Of a stretch of DNA of 64,000 bases, positions 35,131 through 44,594 are shown piece after piece; the stretch's first letter is position 1; each line of letters starts with the position of its first letter. The notes beneath the pieces were generated by a model that had not been told where the DNA came from, searched no databases, and saw nothing but the letters and a program-made list of their open reading frames with translations. The translations under genes and the position numbers were made by a program. Origin of the DNA: Candidatus Cryptobacteroides sp. (GTDB lineage Bacteria > Bacteroidota > Bacteroidia > Bacteroidales > UBA932); NCBI GenBank assembly GCA_051870215.1, contig JBJEBQ010000020.1, positions 1,449 through 65,448 on the forward strand, read 5' to 3'.

Positions 35131-37356
35131 TTATTTGTTGTATCTGACGGCTACATAGTCAATGGCATTGTTGGCTTTTGCGGAATTGCCAGAACTTCCG
35201 TTTTTGTAGTCCGCGGCAAGATATGCCTGAGTTGTGTTGCCGTTGCCTGTCCTACCGTCGGGTATCATTCTGATATACACATCGTCCCTGTCAAGCATTT
35301 CGAGAGGCAGTCTGAAGTCCATAGCCTTGTAGCCCGGGCTCTGCCATGGCTGGGTTACAGTGTAGAGCACCACATCCGGAACCACATATTCCGCTATGTC
35401 GGTCCATACAGTAGAGGCGTCATTTGATTCCGCCCACTGAAGTTTCCATTTTACAGGGCTGTGACCTTCCTGGGATGCGTTCAGAGAGGAAAGCTGCAGG
35501 GAGAGGCAGTCCGTCGATATGCCTTTTGTAGAGAAACGGATGAACCAGTATTCAGGACTCTTGCTGCCGTCGTTCCACCAGATGGACGACATCCATGCCA
35601 TAGGGACAGTGTTGTTGGCAGAAAGGACTCCCTTTCCGGCATCGAAATCATAGTCCCGTCCGTAGTCGGTACCGTCTTCCAATATCACTCCGAAACCGCT
35701 CTGATTATTCTTGATTTTACCTCCGCACTGACCGAGATATGAATAACTGTAGACAGGATATGCGTGAGTGTTGAATGTTCCCTGAACGGCTGCTCCGCTG
35801 CTGTGGTTCATGGTTCCACTGCCGTAGGTCGCATTCCAGCCGTGGTCCGAATCATTGCCTTGGGTGAGATAACGCCATTCGCATATCATTTCTGAAAAAC
35901 TGTCCCTGAAACTATCCTCAAAAGCAAGATCGCCGCGAGACTGATGGCGAAGCTGGTATCTGCCGATGTTGCCGCAAAGTTCCTCATCGGCGGCGTCCCT
36001 GTCTATGAAGCGGCGGTATTTTTCATGCACCAGGATTCCGCTGACGCTGCCCCTGCCGTATCCCATGCGCGATCCGTCCCTGCGGTATCTGCACGTCACA
36101 TTGGTATAGAGATACATGCTTTCTCCTTCTATATCCCTTATCAGGGTTGGAAATTTGGTAAATCTGTTGGCTTTGAAAAGGTAGGTATAACCATCGTTCA
36201 CCGGGGTGAGACTGCCCTTGCGCACAGGAAATTCGCAATCCTTGAGGGTGATGCGGGTGTATATGTCATCATCGCTCAGTTCTGACATCCTTTTTTCCTT
36301 GAGCGGTATTTCAGCAGGATCAACGGCATCGCAGGAAATGACTTTTGATGACACCAGTCCGGTCAGAGAGTATCTGAGAGGCTCATTGTCGCCGGTGTCA
36401 ACAGTTCCGTTCCTATGCAGTTTCACGCCTTCAAGATTGATTATGGCCTTGCTGTTGTTGTCAAGTATATTGTCATCTGCTGTAGCGAACTCCAGCAGAA
36501 CGCCATATCTGCCGTCGAGGCTCTCCATATAGGCAGTTTTATGACAGACGGTGGTGTCGATTGTGGTGGATGTACTTTGGATATTGTCTCCGGCATTTCC
36601 ACTGTTCCTGTCACTCACCACATATCCCTCAAGGGTATAGTCATCGTTCAATTCCACAGGGGCGTCACCGGCAAGATTACGCAGTTCCTCAAAGCTAAGC
36701 TGGTTTCCTATGCGGTTCCTGGCATTGGCCTGCGTCACATTCAGCCGGCTTACCGTCTCTTCTCCCCATCCGTCACGGTAGCGTATTTCCAATACGGCCT
36801 TGCGGACATTCTTCTCGTCTGTATTATCTATAGTACTGAGACACAGAAAACCATCCTCTATCTTCACGGAACTTATCCAATTCCCGGCATCCAGATAGAC
36901 AGTTCTGAGCTGAAGGGCTTCGCTTTGTATATTCGATTTGAATCCGACGCGTACAGGCCCGCCGAGTCCGTTGTAGACAATGACGCCTGCCGACTCCAGT
37001 TCGAACATTTCCTCGTATGCTCCCTCCTGTTTCAGACGGATGGTGTCTTTGCGTACATCCGTCGCCACCTCAATGGACAGGCTTCGTTTTGCCTGCGTGT
37101 TTTCAGCCACGTCCAAGCATATAATGCCGTCGCAGTCAAAGACCGGATTGTCAATTTCCGCCCATGAAACGGCTTCCAGCGGAACCAGCGTTCCGGCAGC
37201 ATTGGCATAGACCTTTATCTCCACCTGTCCGCCTTCCGCAGAAACGATATATTCGTCCTTGTCGGTGCCCAATTCCTCCGGTTTCTGCAGACGCATACCG
37301 TCGAAAGAACACGAAACTGCCAGTGCAGCGGCCAACAACATATAAATTCTTTTCAT
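35131..37356 (-). CDS. BACON-domain lipoprotein with the same C-terminal module as 33551-35119
   Basis: MKRIYMLLAAALAVSCS lipoprotein signal from the ATG at 37356 (an in-frame ATG also lies at 37374). N-terminal BACON-like repeats are followed by the paralogous module. Confidence 0.75.
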   Translation of the reverse strand: MKRIYMLLAAALAVSCSFDGMRLQKPEELGTDKDEYIVSAEGGQVEIKVYANAAGTLVPLEAVSWAEIDNPVFDCDGIICLDVAENTQAKRSLSIEVATDVRKDTIRLKQEGAYEEMFELESAGVIVYNGLGGPVRVGFKSNIQSEALQLRTVYLDAGNWISSVKIEDGFLCLSTIDNTDEKNVRKAVLEIRYRDGWGEETVSRLNVTQANARNRIGNQLSFEELRNLAGDAPVELNDDYTLEGYVVSDRNSGNAGDNIQSTSTTIDTTVCHKTAYMESLDGRYGVLLEFATADDNILDNNSKAIINLEGVKLHRNGTVDTGDNEPLRYSLTGLVSSKVISCDAVDPAEIPLKEKRMSELSDDDIYTRITLKDCEFPVRKGSLTPVNDGYTYLFKANRFTKFPTLIRDIEGESMYLYTNVTCRYRRDGSRMGYGRGSVSGILVHEKYRRFIDRDAADEELCGNIGRYQLRHQSRGDLAFEDSFRDSFSEMICEWRYLTQGNDSDHGWNATYGSGTMNHSSGAAVQGTFNTHAYPVYSYSYLGQCGGKIKNNQSGFGVILEDGTDYGRDYDFDAGKGVLSANNTVPMAWMSSIWWNDGSKSPEYWFIRFSTKGISTDCLSLQLSSLNASQEGHSPVKWKLQWAESNDASTVWTDIAEYVVPDVVLYTVTQPWQSPGYKAMDFRLPLEMLDRDDVYIRMIPDGRTGNGNTTQAYLAADYKNGSSGNSAKANNAIDYVAVRYNK

Positions 37357-37386
37357 ATTATCAAAAATTTTCATGCCCGGTTTCCT
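37351..37386 (-). repeat. Start-proximal multi-ATGAAA cassette copy
   Basis: Minus strand AGGAAACCGGGCATGAAAATTTTTGATAATATGAAA, 31/36 identical to the reference. It begins 12 nt after the BACON gene stop. Confidence 0.8.
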
Positions 37387-37398
37387 ACCCGGTAGTTT

Positions 37399-38361
37399 TT
37401 ATTTTTCCTCCGTCTCCATATATGCCTCTTGGGCAATCAGACAATCGAAATTGAAAATCGTGCCTGCTGCATCGGTATAGGACATACTTAATTTCGCGAC
37501 TCTGTCTCCGCCTTCATTCGCGGCAAGTCCGACCACAAGTTCCTGTTTCAAATCAGTTCCCTTCTCTATCACCGCCCAGTCCTGATTGCTGGAAGCGCTG
37601 CCCAAAAGCTGCGGCAGGAACAGTCCGAGATTTGTGTCGAACGGTATCGTTATTTTCGCAGACGCGGACGGAAACATGGAGGAAGTCACTTTGGAATCAT
37701 ACTTCACATAAGGATTGGAAGTGCTCTGCTCCACGCTTATGTTTTTGCTCAGTTCCTCGCCGAAATCATCGGCATATTTGAAAGAGATGGTGGCTTTGCG
37801 CACTTTCCCGCTGTTGTTTTCAGCCAGGTCGAAGTTGAGCCTGTCAGCAAAGACGGTAAGTTTCTCTATCCAGTCCGCCGCACTGCCGTTCTGATTGGCT
37901 GCAGAGACCGTCACCTTCGACATCTCTGTCTCCGGTATATTGGAAACGAAAGGTATCGCAGCACGTCCCGCGCACTTGGAAGCCTTGACGCTGCCATACG
38001 GGAAAGTAAGTGCAAGACCGCCTTCCAAGCCGGATTTCTGAGCCATTTCTATGCGGGAAACGCTGCCTTCGGAATACACGGTCACCACAACCTTTCTTGC
38101 AGCATCAGAGTTCCCGTCAAAATTGAAAACGAACTCACCAAGGCCGTTGCCTTCAGCCTTCTCCAGGCTCGCCCAAACGCAGTTCTCAGGAAGATGTGCA
38201 GTCCATTTCCCGTTTGCGAATACAATCACAGGCACGCTCCCGCCCTTCGCAGACAATTCATTCCTCCTGGCGGAAAGCGACAAGGGATTGTCATAAGACA
38301 CATCCTCGGCACAGCCTGCAAAAAGCAGCACAATCAAAAGTATAGGAATCAATTTTCTCAT
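37399..38361 (-). CDS. BACON-domain lipoprotein
   Basis: Lipoprotein signal LLIVLLFAGCA, with LSAKGGSVPVIVFANGKWTAHLPENCVWASL and repeated Ig-like segments. It sits immediately downstream of susD. Confidence 0.8.
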   Translation of the reverse strand: MRKLIPILLIVLLFAGCAEDVSYDNPLSLSARRNELSAKGGSVPVIVFANGKWTAHLPENCVWASLEKAEGNGLGEFVFNFDGNSDAARKVVVTVYSEGSVSRIEMAQKSGLEGGLALTFPYGSVKASKCAGRAAIPFVSNIPETEMSKVTVSAANQNGSAADWIEKLTVFADRLNFDLAENNSGKVRKATISFKYADDFGEELSKNISVEQSTSNPYVKYDSKVTSSMFPSASAKITIPFDTNLGLFLPQLLGSASSNQDWAVIEKGTDLKQELVVGLAANEGGDRVAKLSMSYTDAAGTIFNFDCLIAQEAYMETEEK

Positions 38362-39872
38362 TACAGTCCCTCCTCATATTCTTTATTGTCCAGCACGCCA
38401 CCGGACAGCGCCACCTGGGTGTCCGGAATCGGATAGTACCTGTGGCATTTCCTTATGTTGTTTCTCAGCACCGCATAATCGGTGAATTCGTAAGTTCTCT
38501 GATACCAGACGTCCCAGCGCACGAGGTCGAACTTGCGCTGGAATTCTCCGCAGAGTTCGCGGCCGCGCTCGTTCATGATTTCCTCCCTCAGTTTCTCTTT
38601 GGTCCTGAAACTTCCGTATGAACCTATGCCAGCACGCTGCTTCACCTGGTCGAGGCAGGCAATCGCCTCTTCGCTTTCGTCAAGTTCATTGTGACATTCG
38701 GCCAGCATCAGCAGGGCATCTGCATAGCGCAGAATTGTGTAGTTGTTGGAATCGTAATTGTTGTACATCCCGTAACACCAGAATTTCGGGCCGCTCCATG
38801 CCCTGGAAAAAGATTTTTTCGTACCGTCAGGCTGCACCCAATCCCACACGAGCGTCATATTCTTTCTCTTGTCAGTACCGGTCCTGCTGTAAAGGCCGCT
38901 GCTCAGGAAAGCATTCGGGCGCAAAGGCTGCCAGACAATGCAGTCCGTGCCTAACTCGCCTATCTCCACTCCGTTGAAAGTGACCTTGCCGGTACTTGTG
39001 TCGGTATGTTTCGGATAAGGCATGGTCACGGCACCGAGAGAAGCATACACTTTCTGTCCCGAAGGGGAATAGATATGCTGGACTTCATAGATGGATTCAG
39101 GAGTATTCTTCACGGAGTAAGGAATGTCGGAAAGAGGATATCGGGACAGATCTCCGTACATGTCCTGCACTTTCAGCAGCGCATCCTTCGCCGACTTCCA
39201 GTCCTTGTTCCACATTGCCATCTTGGCGAGTATCATATAACCGGCGGCAGCACCCATTCTCTGGAGCTCCCTGTCCCCTTTCATAATGTCGCAGCGGCGC
39301 ATCTGGGGCAGGTCGTCCAGACATTCCTGCAATTCAGACACGAGTTTCGCCCTGGTGTCAAAAGCAGGCATCCGTGGCAGCCTGCGTACGGCCTCCAAAT
39401 CCCCGACTGTCCTGATATAGTTCTCGTAGAACGGCACATCTCCGAAAAAGGAGGTAAGATAATAATACCAGAACGCCCTCATTATCCTGGCTTCCGCCAT
39501 AAGGGCAGCGGTTTCGCTTTCGGGCAGGCCCGAATGTTCTATGCCGTAAATTGCATAATTGGCATTTCTCACTCCCGCGTATGCATATTCCCACATGGTG
39601 TTGCCGAAACGCGGATTTGCCGGGGATATGTCCAGCTGGGCATCCTGGGTACCCGACTGAATCGAATACAAGTCGGTACAGCCCTCAACGGCTATTTCAA
39701 ACATATAGCCGAAAACCAAATTAATCTGGGAATATGCAGAGAGTACTGCCGCATCACACTGCTCCACAGTCTTGCAGAAGTTGTCCGGAGACAGGTAAAG
39801 CGAGGAATCTTCTTTCAGGGAACATCCCGTAATGACTGACAGTACAGTTAAAATATATAATGACTTTTTCAT
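38361..39872 (-). CDS. susD: RagB/SusD-family nutrient-binding outer membrane lipoprotein
   Basis: About 500-aa TPR-like protein directly after SusC. MKKSLYILTVLSVITGCS signal from the ATG at 39872 (in-frame ATGs also at 39890 and 39902). Confidence 0.9.
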   Translation of the reverse strand: MKKSLYILTVLSVITGCSLKEDSSLYLSPDNFCKTVEQCDAAVLSAYSQINLVFGYMFEIAVEGCTDLYSIQSGTQDAQLDISPANPRFGNTMWEYAYAGVRNANYAIYGIEHSGLPESETAALMAEARIMRAFWYYYLTSFFGDVPFYENYIRTVGDLEAVRRLPRMPAFDTRAKLVSELQECLDDLPQMRRCDIMKGDRELQRMGAAAGYMILAKMAMWNKDWKSAKDALLKVQDMYGDLSRYPLSDIPYSVKNTPESIYEVQHIYSPSGQKVYASLGAVTMPYPKHTDTSTGKVTFNGVEIGELGTDCIVWQPLRPNAFLSSGLYSRTGTDKRKNMTLVWDWVQPDGTKKSFSRAWSGPKFWCYGMYNNYDSNNYTILRYADALLMLAECHNELDESEEAIACLDQVKQRAGIGSYGSFRTKEKLREEIMNERGRELCGEFQRKFDLVRWDVWYQRTYEFTDYAVLRNNIRKCHRYYPIPDTQVALSGGVLDNKEYEEGL

Positions 39873-39902
39873 TCTATCAAAGTTTTTCATGTCCGTTTTC
39901 AT
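39867..39902 (-). repeat. Start-proximal multi-ATGAAA cassette copy
   Basis: Minus strand ATGAAAACGGACATGAAAAACTTTGATAGAATGAAA, 32/36 identical to the reference. It begins 6 nt after the susC stop. Confidence 0.85.
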
Positions 39903-39908
39903 TGCAAT

Positions 39909-42900
39909 TTAATAACGGATTTGGATACTGAATACAATGCGGCGTGCCTTAGGATATACACCCACGTCCATACGCCTTACGGTCGAACTGGTGCCGGAAC
40001 TCGAGACATCCGGGTCAAATCCGTTGTAATACTTTGCAAGCCAGAGATTATTGCCGGAAAGTGTAAACACGATATCATTCAGCACGGATTTCCTGAATTT
40101 CAGAGTATATGAAACGCTAAGGTCCTGAAGGCGCAGGAATGATGCGTTGTAAATCATGAAATCGCTCGGCACCGCACTCTCATAATATCCTGCACGCGGG
40201 ATGTCCGACTCCGGATTGCGTATAGGATGCCATGCGTTTTTCATGAACCTGTACTGGTTGGTGTACCGGCCGCCGGCAGTATAGAACATGGAATAGTTAT
40301 AGATTTTGCCGCCGAGGGAATATGTCCAATACATATTGATTCTGAAATTGCCTATACGGAAATTGTTCTGGAGGCCGCCATAGACCACCGGGTCGCAGTT
40401 GCCGAGATAGCACAGATCGTCCTGGGTAAGCGTACCGTCGTGGTTGACATCCACATATTTCGGAGTACCCAATGCCTGTGAAGCCGTCTGGGATACATAG
40501 GTATGGGTCCTGCCGTTGCGCTCGACCTCCTCCTGATTGTGCCATACGCCCGCGTAGGTGAAGCCCCAGAGCGAATTAAGAGGATAGCCGGCCCTGTAGC
40601 CCATCATCATATAAGGGTTGTTGCCCGGCGAGTTGAATGTGGATACATAAGCCTCTTCACCGACATCCTTCACCATCTGGCTGTTGTGGGCTATTGTAAA
40701 GGTAGTGCTCCATGAGAAATTCTTTCTGATTATATTCCTGCTGTCAATGGTGAGCTCCACTCCGTTGTTGGTCGTACGGCCGAGGTTCGCATAACGGGAG
40801 CCGTAGCCGGTGCTGAACGGAACCTTGACCGAGAGCAGAAGCCCGTCAGTATGGGAGAGATAGCCTTCCGCCGAGACAGACAGGCGGTTGTTGAAGAATT
40901 TGCCTGTAAGTCCGAAATTATACATGGTTGTGGTCTCCCATGTCAGGTCAGGGCTTTCGATTCTCGACGGACGGTACACCACCGGACGGGACTCATTGAC
41001 GAGAGGTCCTGTTGCCGAGACAAGAGCGTCGTGGGAATAAAAATATCCTATGGAGTCATTTCCCGTCTGGCCCACGCTTGCCTTGAACGAAAGTTCATCA
41101 ACATTCTTTGCGGCAGCCATGAAAGACTCATTATGGATATTCCATTTCACTGCGGCTGAAGGGAAGAACCCCCATTTGTGGTTATCCGCGAAATTGGATG
41201 CGGCATCGGTGCGGAAAGTCATAGTGAGATAGTACCTCTGCCTGTAGTTGTAGTCCGCACGCCCTATCACCGAGAGGTTGTTTTTCATCCTCGCATACGT
41301 CGAGGCATTGTAGGTGTTCTTGTCAACCACACTTCCCATATCGTTCCACTTCATCTCATCGACCATATATCCCGAACCGGACAGGCCGAAGAGGGAACTG
41401 TTGAATCTCACGCCCGTAAAGCCGGCAAGAACATCGACATTGTGGATTTTGGACCAGGATTTCTTGAAATTGAGAGTAGTCTCGAATGTGTGCCTGCCCT
41501 CTTTATATACCTCGCGCCTGGCATCCCCGCCGACCCCTTCCAGTTTCGCCGGCATTTCGGAAGATGTGTAGACATACTGCTGTCTGTCGTAGTAGAAAAA
41601 GTTGTATGAAGCCTTCCATTTGAACCATTTTGCGAAAGAAGCCTCAGCCCACACCGTCTGATTGAGGAAGAGACGCTCGTAATAGTTGGTGGAATATCTG
41701 ATGACATTGGTCGGGGTGTTGATGAGACCGCCTTCAAAATAATACGGATTATAGATGTCGTCAGGGGCAATGGAAGGAGAAAGATACTGTGAGGAATTCC
41801 ACCATCCCGTACCTCCGATTTTTGTGAGAGGATTGTCCTGATGACGCCATGTAATCGAATTCTTGTATCCGACTTTCAGGAAAGGGAAAAGCTGGTGGGA
41901 TATGCTCACCACACCGGAAACCTTGTTCTCACCGCTTTTCTTTATGATACCCTGGTTGTCGGAATAACCGGCCGACGCCCAATAATTGGTCTTGCCGTTT
42001 CCTCCGCTGAGGGAGAGGTGATAGTTCTGATATGCGGCTATACGGGTGATTTCCTTCACCCAATCCGTTCCTTTGCCTCTGCTGAGAGGATCAGTCGTCT
42101 GCTTGTCCGGAATAGGAGTGTTGTAGATGTCCGGGTTGTTGAAATGTTTGTCCCAATCGGTCAGATCCATGCGGTATATCGCATACTCGGTGGCATTCAT
42201 CATATCCAGACCTGACGGCAGCATGGATATTCCGGCTTCGGCCTTGAAAGTGATTTTAGGCCTGGAAGAGGCTCCTGAAGACGAGCCTTTCGTCGTTACC
42301 ATAATCACGCCGTTCGCTCCCCTTGCCCCGTAGATCGCCGTTGAGGACGCGTCTTTCAATATGGATATATCATCTATGTCGGCAGGATTAATGTCATTGA
42401 GGTCGCTTACCGCATCCATGACACCGTCCACGACAATCAAAGGCTCGTTTGAAGCCGTAATTGAACGTGTACCCCTGATACGGATGGATGTGGTCGCTCC
42501 GGGTTCGCCTGAAGTTGTCATCACGTCCGCACCTGCGACCCTTCCCTGCAGAGCCTGGTCGACAGATGTGACGGGAGATTCCTTTATGTCCCCCATCTTT
42601 ACATTGGCGACCGAGCCGGTAAGGTCCTCCCTGCGCACCGAGCCATAGCCTATGACCACCGACTCGTCCAATACCGTGGAGGCGTCCACCTGCATCACGA
42701 CATTACAGACAGTTTTCCCGTCAACCTTCAATGCGTATTCCTTCATGCCTAAAAAATTGAACACGAGAACATCGCCTACGGTACATTCCATTGAATATTT
42801 TCCGTCTATATCCGCCATCACGGTCTCTTTCACCATCTGCGAATCCGCCTGCCTGAGAGAGACGATTGCCCCGGGGAGAGCTTCGCCCGCTGCGTCAGTC

Positions 42901-42992
42901 ACCGAACCTTTCACGAGCACTTTGTCCTGTGCGGACATCGCGAAAGTCAAAAGCAGGAGGCCAATTATCAGCAATAATCGTTTCATTGTCAT
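39909..42992 (-). CDS. susC: SusC/RagA-family TonB-linked outer membrane transporter
   Basis: 1027 aa with a signal peptide, a carboxypeptidase-regulatory-like domain (VKGSVTDAAGEALPGAIVSL), a plug region (VVIGYGSVRREDLTGSV) and a large barrel. There is no N-terminal STN/anti-sigma domain. Confidence 0.95.
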   Translation of the reverse strand: MTMKRLLLIIGLLLLTFAMSAQDKVLVKGSVTDAAGEALPGAIVSLRQADSQMVKETVMADIDGKYSMECTVGDVLVFNFLGMKEYALKVDGKTVCNVVMQVDASTVLDESVVIGYGSVRREDLTGSVANVKMGDIKESPVTSVDQALQGRVAGADVMTTSGEPGATTSIRIRGTRSITASNEPLIVVDGVMDAVSDLNDINPADIDDISILKDASSTAIYGARGANGVIMVTTKGSSSGASSRPKITFKAEAGISMLPSGLDMMNATEYAIYRMDLTDWDKHFNNPDIYNTPIPDKQTTDPLSRGKGTDWVKEITRIAAYQNYHLSLSGGNGKTNYWASAGYSDNQGIIKKSGENKVSGVVSISHQLFPFLKVGYKNSITWRHQDNPLTKIGGTGWWNSSQYLSPSIAPDDIYNPYYFEGGLINTPTNVIRYSTNYYERLFLNQTVWAEASFAKWFKWKASYNFFYYDRQQYVYTSSEMPAKLEGVGGDARREVYKEGRHTFETTLNFKKSWSKIHNVDVLAGFTGVRFNSSLFGLSGSGYMVDEMKWNDMGSVVDKNTYNASTYARMKNNLSVIGRADYNYRQRYYLTMTFRTDAASNFADNHKWGFFPSAAVKWNIHNESFMAAAKNVDELSFKASVGQTGNDSIGYFYSHDALVSATGPLVNESRPVVYRPSRIESPDLTWETTTMYNFGLTGKFFNNRLSVSAEGYLSHTDGLLLSVKVPFSTGYGSRYANLGRTTNNGVELTIDSRNIIRKNFSWSTTFTIAHNSQMVKDVGEEAYVSTFNSPGNNPYMMMGYRAGYPLNSLWGFTYAGVWHNQEEVERNGRTHTYVSQTASQALGTPKYVDVNHDGTLTQDDLCYLGNCDPVVYGGLQNNFRIGNFRINMYWTYSLGGKIYNYSMFYTAGGRYTNQYRFMKNAWHPIRNPESDIPRAGYYESAVPSDFMIYNASFLRLQDLSVSYTLKFRKSVLNDIVFTLSGNNLWLAKYYNGFDPDVSSSGTSSTVRRMDVGVYPKARRIVFSIQIRY

Positions 42993-43010
42993 TAATTATA
43001 TCCTTACCTG

Positions 43011-43018
43011 CAAATTTA
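43011..43018 (-). promoter_or_regulatory. Candidate -7 box for the PUL
   Basis: Plus-strand CAAATTTA is TAAATTTG on the minus strand, 19 nt upstream of the susC ATG. Confidence 0.4.
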
Positions 43019-43116
43019 AGGAATCCACACTCATTGCAGGGAAAAGATATGACCATAAAAGGAAAAATTCTGCCCGAATGATAACATATTTCGCCCTGGA
43101 CCAGCTGTTCAAATGG

Positions 43117-43156
43117 AAAAAAGCCCCGAAAGTCTGTTGAAATGACTCCCGGGGCT
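43117..43156 (-). terminator. Rho-independent terminator after the Big_2/FISUMP gene
   Basis: AGCCCCG (43122-43128) pairs with CGGGGCT (43150-43156), with an inner AGTC/GACT extension. On the minus strand it is followed by a T-run (plus-strand A-run 43117-43122). Confidence 0.6.
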
Positions 43157-43179
43157 GATTGTTGTATTAGAGACGGCTT

Positions 43180-44535
43180 CTATTCAGCGTCTTTGACACA
43201 GCGTACGGATTGTCCGCTGCGGACATTTGAATAACCGCCCTGATATTTTCCCTCCGGACTGTTCGTTATAAACATAGAGTTCAGAGAAAAGAACTGGATG
43301 TTCGTCATAACATTTTCCTTGTTGGTAATTACCTTATATCCGGTAGAACCCATGAAATATGACATTGAAGGTCTGCCGATAAATTCCGCTACAGAGCAGT
43401 TGCCGCTTGCCTTATTGTCTCCCTCTGCAGGTACATACTCAGTACACAATACAGTACCGTATGACAGAGCTGCAGTCAAGGTATTCCCGTTCACTGCACC
43501 CGGGGCATTGAAATTGAAGCCGAGTCCGTTGCTTTTGTTGATGTTTCCACCTTTATAATTTGCCTCGTAGAAAGGGGCATCCGCATTATCAGCTGCGTCT
43601 CCAAGAACATTACCGACAAGTGCCTTGATATCAGCCTTGGTAGGAATATGCCATCCTTCAGGACAGATACCCCTCTTGCCTTCAAAACTCTGGAAATTAT
43701 CCGCTGTGATTTCCGTTCCGAACACTGCCTGATAGTCATAGAGAAGACCGTATTTCGCAATCGAAGCCTCATCGGTCAAAGCAACAGCCTTTTTGTCTAC
43801 GACCTCGTATGGATAATACACATGACCGCCCTTGCTTACATCCGCATCGAGAGTCAGGCCCTCCGGAACATAGCGGAGGTTCTCCACCATCCAGGTCTGA
43901 CCGTTGGCAAACATCCTGATTCTGTATTTCACGCCGGCAAGCTCGACAACAGGCTCAACCACACTCAGCTTGCAGACGCCGGTGATTTCACTGTTTTCCT
44001 TTGATACTGCAGAAATCTCGCATTCACCGGTCTTCAAGGCAGTCACAACGCCATTCTCATCGACAGTAGCAATTGTCGCGTCACTTGAAACCCATTCAAC
44101 TTCACGATTGTCGGCTTCCTCAGGCAAAACCGTAGCCTGAAGAGTCGCAAATGCACCCTCGATAAGCTTCAGAGATGAAGGCTCGACAGTTATACCTGTC
44201 ACGGCGATGACGCCGGACCCGACAGTCACACGGCACTCGCCACTCTTGCCGTTTGAGGCTGTCGCAGTAATAAGCGCTGTACCGACACCCTTAAGTTCAT
44301 ATTCACCTTTCTGGTTGACAACTACAACATTTTCGTCCGAACTTGACCATACAAGAACTGTATTTGTAGCATCGCTTGGAGCAACAGTTGCCGTGATGAC
44401 TCCTGTAAGCACTTCCGCAGTCATTACACCATTGATGTTATCCGGATTGAGTGTGACTGAACTTACCTCAACCTCCGGATTGCAGGCTGCAAACATTGTC
44501 ATTGCAGCTGCAAGGATTAATACTAAACGTTTCAT
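43180..44535 (-). CDS. Lipoprotein with two Big_2 Ig-like domains and a FISUMP (Fibrobacter succinogenes major paralogous) domain
   Basis: Signal ending AACN and two Big_2 repeats (VTSVTLNP..., VTGITVEPS...). The FISUMP part includes QTWMVENLRY, GLLYDY, GICPEGWHIPTKADIKAL and SVRCVKD. Confidence 0.85.
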   Translation of the reverse strand: MKRLVLILAAAMTMFAACNPEVEVSSVTLNPDNINGVMTAEVLTGVITATVAPSDATNTVLVWSSSDENVVVVNQKGEYELKGVGTALITATASNGKSGECRVTVGSGVIAVTGITVEPSSLKLIEGAFATLQATVLPEEADNREVEWVSSDATIATVDENGVVTALKTGECEISAVSKENSEITGVCKLSVVEPVVELAGVKYRIRMFANGQTWMVENLRYVPEGLTLDADVSKGGHVYYPYEVVDKKAVALTDEASIAKYGLLYDYQAVFGTEITADNFQSFEGKRGICPEGWHIPTKADIKALVGNVLGDAADNADAPFYEANYKGGNINKSNGLGFNFNAPGAVNGNTLTAALSYGTVLCTEYVPAEGDNKASGNCSVAEFIGRPSMSYFMGSTGYKVITNKENVMTNIQFFSLNSMFITNSPEGKYQGGYSNVRSGQSVRCVKDAE

Positions 44536-44559
44536 TCTTATTTGTTTTTAGTTAAACAT

Positions 44560-44581
44560 TTTCATTCTATCAAATATTCAT
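44560..44581 (-). repeat. Partial cassette copy (second half)
   Basis: Minus strand ATGAATATTTGATAGAATGAAA. TTTGATAGAATGAAA is identical to the susD copy. Here its last ATG opens only a 5-codon mini-ORF (MKMFN), and the real start (44535) is 25 nt further on. Confidence 0.7.
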
Positions 44582-44594
44582 AATTCTATTCTGT

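Noticed and set aside
34349-37167. Several 250-aa plus-strand ORFs inside the PUL (34349-35101, 36415-37167)
   Set aside because: They are antisense to the two paralogous surface-protein genes, whose mutual similarity supports the minus-strand frames.
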